From contig JAZDGL010000050.1 of assembly GCA_043806975.1 (NCBI GenBank), forward strand, positions 1 to 36,322: a stretch of DNA of 36,322 bases, read 5' to 3'. Position numbers and translations under genes: made by a program. Source of the stretch: a bacterium. Its GTDB lineage: Bacteria > Patescibacteriota > Minisyncoccia > CAYZDR01. The notes below the pieces were generated by a model that saw only the letters and a program-made list of their open reading frames with translations, was not told the origin of the DNA and made no database searches. Positions 26,731-33,799 of this stretch are shown piece after piece. How positions within the stretch are numbered: the stretch's first letter is position 1; every line of letters starts with the position of its first letter.

Positions 26731-27564
26731 ATGGAAATTAAATGCATTCTTCTTTCTTCTGGGGGGCTGGATAGCTTGTTGGCGGAAGAAATAATTAAGC
26801 GGCAGGGTATTCAAGTGAAAATTGTGGAGTTTAAGACTCCTTTTTTTGGCAGTTCGGAGGGCGGGGTTGATATATCGGATAGTTTTTTTGATATTTTGAA
26901 AAATCCTAAATTTGGATATGGAAAAAATTTAAATCCTTGCATTGACTGTAAAATTTTGATGTTGAAAAAAGCGAAAGAATTGATGATGGAAAAGGGAGCG
27001 GATTTTATGGCGACAGGAGAAGTTGTTGGACAGCGTCCGATGTCGCAAGGAAAAGATAAAATTTTGAAAATAGAAAAAGAAGCGGGGGCAGAGGGGCTGG
27101 TTTTGCGACCTTTGTCAGCGCATATTTTGCCGGAAACTTTTCCCGAGAAAAATGGCTGGGTGAAGCAGAAAGAATTGTTTGCGATTGAGGGGCGCTCCAG
27201 AAAAGAGCAGATGGATTTAGCGGAAAAATTCGGCATTGAAAATTATCCGGAGCCTTCTGGCGGGTGCCTTTTGACGGATGCTGGATTTTCTTTAAGAATG
27301 AAGGATTTAATGCGAATTAACCTCGATTTTACCCAAAATGATATAGAATTGATAAAAAGCGGCAGATTTTTTCCAATTGGAAGCGGATTTTTAGTTATCG
27401 GCCGCGATAAAAACCAAAATGCGCGTTTGATGGAGTTGGAAAAAAACGGCGATATTGTTTTTGACTATACGAGTTCTCCCGGCCCCTTTGCGATTCTCCG
27501 CGGCGATAATTCCATTAAAACGCGAGTAGAAGCGGAAGAAATTGTAAAAAGATATTTAGGGTAA
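26731..27564 (+). CDS. PP-loop tRNA thiolation enzyme (short ThiI-like family)
   Basis: SGGLDS, NPCIDCK, GEVVGQRPMSQ, PSGGCLLTD. Confidence 0.78.
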   Translation: MEIKCILLSSGGLDSLLAEEIIKRQGIQVKIVEFKTPFFGSSEGGVDISDSFFDILKNPKFGYGKNLNPCIDCKILMLKKAKELMMEKGADFMATGEVVGQRPMSQGKDKILKIEKEAGAEGLVLRPLSAHILPETFPEKNGWVKQKELFAIEGRSRKEQMDLAEKFGIENYPEPSGGCLLTDAGFSLRMKDLMRINLDFTQNDIELIKSGRFFPIGSGFLVIGRDKNQNARLMELEKNGDIVFDYTSSPGPFAILRGDNSIKTRVEAEEIVKRYLG

Positions 27565-27565
27565 A

Positions 27566-27856
27566 AAAATCCCCCTACCCCCTTTAAGAAAGGGGGAAAA
27601 ATAATTTCCTGTTTAAGAATTTTTCCTTTAAGAGGGGGGGAATGCTGTTAAGATATTTTTTCTATAAAGTCGAATTTCTTCCCTTTCCTTAGGAAGGGGA
27701 AAATAAAAAAAGAAATTTCTTCCCCCTTTTTATAATAAGAATTAAAGTATTCTTTCCCCCCCCTTGCAAATAAAGGTATTCTTCCCACTTTTTGTAAATA
27801 AGAATTAAAGCATCCTTTCTTTTCCCCCTTTTTAAAGGGGGATTAAGGGGGATTTT
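27566..27856. repeat. Expanded palindromic doublet/array of CCCCCTT..AAGGGGG units
   Basis: Terminal IR aaaatccccct / agggggatttt. Several degenerate internal units and a repeated aataagaattaaag. Confidence 0.82.
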
Positions 27857-27876
27857 ATTTTACAAAGGATTTCAAT

Positions 27877-27906
27877 AAAAAAACTCCCCCGATTTTTTGC
27901 GGGGGA
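27877..27906 (-). terminator. Intrinsic terminator for the minus-strand ORF
   Basis: tcccccg..cggggga hairpin, with a T-run 3' on the minus strand. Confidence 0.55.
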
Positions 27907-27913
27907 AGGATTA

Positions 27914-28615
27914 TTAGAGGCGTTTACTAGCCTTGTCAGGATCAATTAAAGTACTCCTTTCCCAATCTATAAAGATTAGTGCATCTTTTACAACTTTTTT
28001 TGTATAACTAGTATCCAATACTTGCATAAGATGATTGCAATCGTGCATTCCAATGCCGAACTCTTTTAAATCGCCATGCTTCCAGTCTTCTGGGCGACGC
28101 ATGAAAAGGATACGGATACCACTCTGCTGGCATGCGAGGATCAAGTTATTTTTAAACTCTTTTCCCATAGCTTCTTTAAGATTTTCATATTCTTTTCCTG
28201 ATAGTTTTTCAGGATTTCCATGAAAGCAGCAAGCGCAAACTACCGAAAATTGACAGGAAGGAACTCCATTAATATTTAAACTTATTTTATAGCGAGTGCT
28301 ACTAATGTTAGAATCTTTAAACGCCCAAACGGGAAAAGCAAATTCGCGTATATATTGAGAACGAAGAAGCAGGATTCTATTATTTGCCCTATTCCAAACA
28401 GGTATGATTTCTGGACGGTTATTTTTTGGTATTAAGGGAACGAAATCTTCTAAGGGGATTGGGAAGATACCCTTTATTTTTTGACATTCATGCAGTTTAT
28501 AAAAGTTTGCTTTTCTGCGATTTTTTTCTTTCTCTAAGCGGCTTATTTGATTTTCAGTATCTTGAATTTTGTTTTGTATGTTTTTTAATCCTTGAATAAA
28601 TCCATTCGCATTCAT
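27914..28615 (-). CDS. Hypothetical protein
   Basis: Long ORF with ATG at 28615 after AAGGAG. N-terminal coiled coil and a CACC cysteine cluster. No family recognised. Confidence 0.65.
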   Translation of the reverse strand: MNANGFIQGLKNIQNKIQDTENQISRLEKEKNRRKANFYKLHECQKIKGIFPIPLEDFVPLIPKNNRPEIIPVWNRANNRILLLRSQYIREFAFPVWAFKDSNISSTRYKISLNINGVPSCQFSVVCACCFHGNPEKLSGKEYENLKEAMGKEFKNNLILACQQSGIRILFMRRPEDWKHGDLKEFGIGMHDCNHLMQVLDTSYTKKVVKDALIFIDWERSTLIDPDKASKRL

Positions 28616-28805
28616 TGTATTTTCTCCTTTTCTGCCATATTGAATTGACAAATAGCTTAACTTAAACAGACTTTACAACATTTCAATAATATAGTAAAAT
28701 AAGAATAACAGTTTAAGAGAAATTTAATAAAATTGCTGATATTAAAGCTAAAATTGGCAATTAAACTGTTGTAATCTTATTACTACTAAAATTAAGATTT
28801 TAACA

Positions 28806-28832
28806 CAGGTTGGGAGATTTTCCACCCCTACA
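28806..28832 (-). repeat. Degenerate GTAG-type REP
   Basis: Minus strand reads tgtaggggtggaaaatctcccaacctg. Confidence 0.5.
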
Positions 28833-28843
28833 AGGGTAAATTT

Positions 28844-29635
28844 ATGAATCCATCTATAAAACTTAAACCGATTTTAACTCAACTGGGGTTGAATGATATT
28901 GAAATCCGAGCGTATTTGGCGGCTTTGGAGTTTGGACCGGCGCCGGCGAGCGAATTGGCAAGACAGGCAGGATTGAATAGGATCACTGTTTATGAGGCAT
29001 TGAAGCGGCTTTCTCAGAAAGGCATAGTAAAGATTCGCGCAAAAAAGGGAAATGAGGTAAAATATTTTACAGCTGAGGATGTCGGCATTTTGAAAGAGAA
29101 GGCAAGACAGAAAAAAGCGGATTTGGATGGATTAATTGAAAAAATCACGGTTTTGGAGCCGCAATTGCGCGCACTAGCTTCTTTTAGCGAGAAAAAGCCG
29201 GAAGTATATTTTTATGAGGGCAAAGAGGGAATTAGAAATGTGTTGTTGGACACAATCAAACAAAATCCAAAAGAATCATTAGGCTTTGCTTCAGCGGATT
29301 TTTTGGAAGTCGGTTTTGATAAAAAGTTTTTAGAAGATTATTGGAAAAAGCGTGTTGTAATGAAGATTCCGGCGCGGGGAATTATGCCGAAAACTAAAGC
29401 TGCGCTGGCGCTTTTTACTCCGGAAAGAAATCAATCGGAAATTAGACAGGTAAAATTTATTCCGGCAGAAAATTATCCTTTTGAAGATGAAATTGAAATT
29501 TACGGCGATAATATCGGGATTATTTCAATGAAAAAGGGGAATGAGCACGGGGTGATTATCAGAAGCAAAAGTATTGCGGATAGTTTCAGAGCGATTTTTG
29601 AATTGGTTTGGAATCAATATAATTTGGTAGTGTAG
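28844..29635 (+). CDS. TrmB-family transcriptional regulator
   Basis: LGLNDIEIRAYLAALE..ASELARQAGLNRITVYEALKRL HTH, VYFYEGKEGI, IADSFRAIFELVW. Confidence 0.9.
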   Translation: MNPSIKLKPILTQLGLNDIEIRAYLAALEFGPAPASELARQAGLNRITVYEALKRLSQKGIVKIRAKKGNEVKYFTAEDVGILKEKARQKKADLDGLIEKITVLEPQLRALASFSEKKPEVYFYEGKEGIRNVLLDTIKQNPKESLGFASADFLEVGFDKKFLEDYWKKRVVMKIPARGIMPKTKAALALFTPERNQSEIRQVKFIPAENYPFEDEIEIYGDNIGIISMKKGNEHGVIIRSKSIADSFRAIFELVWNQYNLVV

Positions 29636-29778
29636 GGGCGGACATGAGTGTCCGCCCAGGTCGGGGCGTTAATTATTTTTTGAAGATGTAATTTTGAGCG
29701 TAGAGAAGAATGTTCAAAATATATCTTAATTTCGGTTTATCTCTACACTTAGGGCAGACACATAGGTCTGCCCCTACA
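29631..29778. repeat. Inverted GTAG REP doublet (REPIN-like)
   Basis: tGTAGgggcggacatgagtgtccgccc ... gggcagacacataggtctgcccCTACa. Confidence 0.82.
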
Positions 29779-29797
29779 AGACAATGAATGGCAACAT

Positions 29798-31804
29798 ATG
29801 TTTAAACTGAAATCACAATTTGCGCCGAGCGGCGATCAGCCGAAGGCGATTGAAGAGCTGGTAAAGGGGCTGGAATCCGGGATGGATTTTCAGACGCTTT
29901 TAGGCGTGACGGGATCAGGGAAAACATTTACGATGGCGAATGTGATTCAGCGGGTTCAAAAGCCGACCTTGATTATCGCGCACAATAAAACGCTTGCGGC
30001 ACAGCTAGCAAGCGAGTTTAGGCAGTTTTTCCCGGAAAATGCGGTGGAGTATTTTGTGTCTTACTATGATTATTATCAGCCAGAAGCGTATTTGCCGTCA
30101 TCCGATACCTATATAGAAAAGGAATCTCAAATAAACGAAGAGATTGATCGTTTGCGGCACGCGGCGACTGCGGCAGTGATGAGCAGGCGCGATGTTATTA
30201 TCGTTGCGTCGGTTTCGTGTATTTACGGCTTGGGCTCGCCTGAATTTTATAAAGATATAACTTTGCAGATTGAAAAAGGCGAAAAAGTTAATCGTGAACA
30301 AATTGCGCGCCAGCTTACAAAAATGCATTATACGCGAAGTGAAGTTTTGGAGCGTGCGCGATTTCGCATTCACGGGCCGATTTTAGAAATTGTCCCGCCG
30401 GATAAAGAAATCGTGTGGCGAGTTGAATTAGGAGAAGGGGATGTTGTTGAGGAGATCTCGCAGAGAGATTTATTCGCAACCCCCTCCGACTCCCCCTTGC
30501 CAAAGGGGAGAGAAAGAGGGGATGCGCAGGGCAGGAGCGATTTGGATAAAATTATTATCTATCCCGCCAAGCATTTTATTGTTCCAGAGCCTGTAATGGG
30601 CGGAGCGATTAAGGAAATAAAAAAGGAATTGGCGCAAAGACTAAAACAATTTGAAAAAGAGGGGAAGCTTTTGGAGGTGGAACGGTTGGAACGGAGGACG
30701 AATTATGATACTGAAATGATGAAAGAAATCGGCTATTGCAATGGGATTGAAAATTATTCCCGATATTTAACTAACCGCAAGCCGGGCGAACCGCCTTTCA
30801 CTTTGCTGGACTATTTTCCAAAAGATTTTTTGACGATAATTGACGAATCGCATGTTACAGTTTCGCAAGTCGGGGCGATGTTTGAAGGAGATAAATCTCG
30901 TAAAAAAGCCTTAATTGAACACGGGTTCCGTCTGCCGTCCGCAGCAGATAACCGCCCGCTTAAATTTAATGAATTTGAAGAGCGGATCGGGCAGGTGATT
31001 TTTACTTCTGCGACTCCGGCTAAATATGAGCGCGAAAATTCCCGCCAAACGGTGGAACAAATTATTCGTCCGACAGGTTTGGTTGATCCTGAGGTTATTT
31101 TGAAACCGCTTAAAAATCAAGTTTCCGATGTGATTGAAGAAATAAAAAAGCGCGCGGATAAAGATGAGCGCGTGCTAGTGACGACTTTGACTAAAAAAAT
31201 GGCGGAACAGTTAAGCGAATATCTTGTGGAGGCGGGAGTGAAATCTAAATATCTGCATAGCGAAGTGGATACGCTAGATAGGATCCGTATTTTAAAAGAG
31301 TTGCGGCAGGGCAAATTTGATTGTCTTGTTGGGGTGAATTTACTCCGCGAAGGGTTAGATTTGCCGGAAGTTTCTTTGGTGGCAATTTTGGATGCGGATA
31401 AAGAAGGATTTTTGAGGAGTGAAACTTCTTTGATCCAAACAATTGGTCGCGCGGCGCGAAATATAAGCGGAAAAGTGATTTTGTATGCGGATAATATCAC
31501 GGGATCAATGCGCAGGGCGTTAGATGAAACTGATCGCCGTCGTGAAATTCAGATCGAGCATAATAAAAAGCATAACATTACGCCGCAGTCTATTAAAAAA
31601 TCTATAGAATCTATTATTGATTATGAAATTAGTCAGGAAAAACCGTTAGCGGAATTTGTAAAGCTGGAAAGCATTGAGGATTTGCCGAAATATATTAAAC
31701 AGCGGGAGCGCGAAATGAAACTGCTTGCCAAAGCGCTGGATTTTGAAGGTGCGGCATTGATTAGAGACGAGATAAATCAACTGAGAAAAATAAAAAGCGG
31801 CTAA
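29798..31804 (+). CDS. uvrB: Excinuclease ABC subunit B
   Basis: GVTGSGKT, YYDYYQPEAY, IDESH, NLLREGLDLPEV, QTIGRAARN. Confidence 0.98.
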   Translation: MFKLKSQFAPSGDQPKAIEELVKGLESGMDFQTLLGVTGSGKTFTMANVIQRVQKPTLIIAHNKTLAAQLASEFRQFFPENAVEYFVSYYDYYQPEAYLPSSDTYIEKESQINEEIDRLRHAATAAVMSRRDVIIVASVSCIYGLGSPEFYKDITLQIEKGEKVNREQIARQLTKMHYTRSEVLERARFRIHGPILEIVPPDKEIVWRVELGEGDVVEEISQRDLFATPSDSPLPKGRERGDAQGRSDLDKIIIYPAKHFIVPEPVMGGAIKEIKKELAQRLKQFEKEGKLLEVERLERRTNYDTEMMKEIGYCNGIENYSRYLTNRKPGEPPFTLLDYFPKDFLTIIDESHVTVSQVGAMFEGDKSRKKALIEHGFRLPSAADNRPLKFNEFEERIGQVIFTSATPAKYERENSRQTVEQIIRPTGLVDPEVILKPLKNQVSDVIEEIKKRADKDERVLVTTLTKKMAEQLSEYLVEAGVKSKYLHSEVDTLDRIRILKELRQGKFDCLVGVNLLREGLDLPEVSLVAILDADKEGFLRSETSLIQTIGRAARNISGKVILYADNITGSMRRALDETDRRREIQIEHNKKHNITPQSIKKSIESIIDYEISQEKPLAEFVKLESIEDLPKYIKQREREMKLLAKALDFEGAALIRDEINQLRKIKSG

Positions 31805-31822
31805 TTATGAGCCGCTTTTTTT
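31793..31822 (+). terminator. Intrinsic terminator, probably bidirectional
   Basis: aaaagcggct-aattatg-agccgcttttttt. Confidence 0.75.
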
Positions 31823-31857
31823 GTGGGCCTGTAAGTCCACAAATTATTTAATCCAAT

Positions 31858-32049
31858 CTACTCCTCCTTTTCTTCGACAGTTTTCCAAATTTTGGAATTA
31901 GAGAAGAGCCAAAAACTGAGCGTCAAGTGGAAAAAAATTGAAAAAATATTTTTTTCCATTCCCAGCGCGCGAATGAAAAAAGCCATACTTAAAAAAAATA
32001 GTATGGAGTGAACGCAGAAAAAAACAGCTTTATCAAAAATTTTTTTCAT
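31858..32049 (-). CDS. Small 2-TM membrane protein
   Basis: AAGGAGG Shine-Dalgarno before the ATG, two hydrophobic stretches. Confidence 0.65.
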   Translation of the reverse strand: MKKIFDKAVFFCVHSILFFLSMAFFIRALGMEKNIFSIFFHLTLSFWLFSNSKIWKTVEEKEE

Positions 32050-32085
32050 TCTGTCCTCCTTATTCCACTATATTACCTGGACATA

Positions 32086-32268
32086 TTATTTCCTAACTAA
32101 TCTCAAAACCATCGCTAGAATAAGAGAAAAAAGTGTGAAAAAAATTACCCAGTAGAAACAGAGCAGAAAAAAGTTATCGTTTGATAAATAAAAACTAAAA
32201 ACACTCGCGATCAAACCGAATGTTACTCCTGATATTATTCCTGTTGTGAAATCGCCCAAAAAGCGCAT
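32086..32268 (-). CDS. Small 2-TM membrane protein
   Basis: GGAGGG SD, start 1 nt after the upstream stop, hydrophobic. Confidence 0.65.
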   Translation of the reverse strand: MRFLGDFTTGIISGVTFGLIASVFSFYLSNDNFFLLCFYWVIFFTLFSLILAMVLRLVRK

Positions 32269-32269
32269 T

Positions 32270-32470
32270 TTATTCCCCTCCCAAAACCTTTAAAAGATGC
32301 ATTATCACGAAACTAATCGTGATAATGCATAATAAAATAGTATGGACAAGGTTATTTACATTGATGTTAAGCAAGATTATTGACATCAATGCGAAGGAAG
32401 AAACTCCAATGGAAAAAATTAAAAAAAATGTTAAATTTTCTTTGATATTTCGTCTATTTCGTTCTTTCAT
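32270..32470 (-). CDS. Small 2-TM membrane protein
   Basis: ATG at 32470 after AGGAGG, basic N-terminus, two hydrophobic stretches. Confidence 0.65.
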   Translation of the reverse strand: MKERNRRNIKENLTFFLIFSIGVSSFALMSIILLNINVNNLVHTILLCIITISFVIMHLLKVLGGE

Positions 32471-32544
32471 TTTTTTCCCCTCCTGTGAATTTTTAAATAA
32501 CATCAGCATTAAATCAGTATCAATAAGACTGCAATAGCATATTT

Positions 32545-33408
32545 TTAGCAAAGAGGAGCGATTGACTTTAATCCTTCTAGCACCCCTTCTATCTCTTTGC
32601 CTTGGGCAAAGTATATACTATTTAAATTCATTTGTCTAGCCTTTGTCTTTATTTCTTCTCTTGCGTTTCCGACTAAAATTGAAGGAATCCCGCTCGCAAA
32701 AACATCTAAGTCGTTGCCTTCATCGCCAGCAAAAACGACAGAAATTTCTTCCATCTTTTGGGAAGAAGGGTTGGGGGAGGAGTCGCTCTTTCTCTCCCCC
32801 TTTATAAGGGGGAGTTGGAGGGGGTGTTCCAGCAGATATTCAATCCCTGCCAATTTAGAGATATTGTCCGCTAATATCTCTAAAATCCCCGTTTTCCCTT
32901 TTAAATCTTGGCTGTAAATTATTTTAATTTCTTTGATGCCGTTTTTTTCTAATAATTTTCGCGCTTCTTTTGTAATTTTTCCAGAATCTATTTTTAAATC
33001 CACATAAAACCCGGCTTTAAATTGGTGTTGTTTTGAATCTTCTTGAATTTTTAAATCTTTTGATTGAGATAAAATACTAATAATTTTTTCTTTATTAAAA
33101 TCTGAATTGCTGGCGGATATTTTTTGACGGTATTTTTTGTCTTCTTCCCATTTTTTGCCATTGCGGCGATAAAGTGCCGCGCCATTAAAGGGGATTAAAA
33201 AATCAGGCATCGGCAAAAGGTATTTTTCAATCGCTTCACAAGCCATTTGAAAAGTCCTGCCGGTAGGGTAGCATAAAATAAATTGCGGATTTTCTTCCAG
33301 CAATTTTCCGAATTTTTTAATGCCGTCAAAATTTGGTGTTTCAGTGGAATTTGGGATAAGCGTGCCGTCTATATCAATGGCGAGGAGAATTTTATTTTTT
33401 GTTTTCAT
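32545..33408 (-). CDS. HAD-IIB hydrolase (sucrose-phosphatase/Cof-like), with repeat insertion
   Basis: DIDGTL, TGR, SK, FAGDEGND, VGNA. The track's longer start runs through a repeat. Confidence 0.88.
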   Translation of the reverse strand: MKTKNKILLAIDIDGTLIPNSTETPNFDGIKKFGKLLEENPQFILCYPTGRTFQMACEAIEKYLLPMPDFLIPFNGAALYRRNGKKWEEDKKYRQKISASNSDFNKEKIISILSQSKDLKIQEDSKQHQFKAGFYVDLKIDSGKITKEARKLLEKNGIKEIKIIYSQDLKGKTGILEILADNISKLAGIEYLLEHPLQLPLIKGERKSDSSPNPSSQKMEEISVVFAGDEGNDLDVFASGIPSILVGNAREEIKTKARQMNLNSIYFAQGKEIEGVLEGLKSIAPLC

Positions 33409-33516
33409 TAAAAATATAATAGCAGTAAAAAAACATTGAAGCAAGAAATGAGAGACTATAAAGAAGATTAATGTGTGCAATGTCTGCGCAAAAGATTGTA
33501 ATTGCTCATTGTTTTT

Positions 33517-33678
33517 TGTCATCCCGACCGAGCTCCGCCTGTATTCAGGTGGAGGCGAGCGGAGGGATCCCTTAAATAATATGTACAAGATTTTAATTTT
33601 TTAGCAAAAATCATTAAAGAGACTCCTCCGCTCGTAATTTCTGCTTTGCTAACAGAAATTACTTCGGTCGGAGTGACA
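33517..33678. repeat. TGTCA..TGACA long inverted-repeat element
   Basis: tgtcatcccgaccgag..cgagcggaggga pairs with ctcctccgctcg..ttcggtcggagtgaca. Confidence 0.85.
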
Positions 33679-33799
33679 ATAAAAAAAGGTAGTGAGCAGT
33701 TACAAAAGCCTTAAATTCTATTCCAAAGCTTAAGTTGCGCATTGCGCCATTTTATTGTATATTTACTAAATAAATCCGAAGGAATATCGCGGCAAAATT

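Noticed and set aside
27566-27856. CRISPR array
   Set aside because: Repeats are degenerate, irregularly spaced and inverted at the ends. There are no constant-length spacers or cas genes.
33409-33588. N-terminal extension of the HAD ORF
   Set aside because: It runs through the TGTCA repeat. HAD motif I lies right after ATG 33408.
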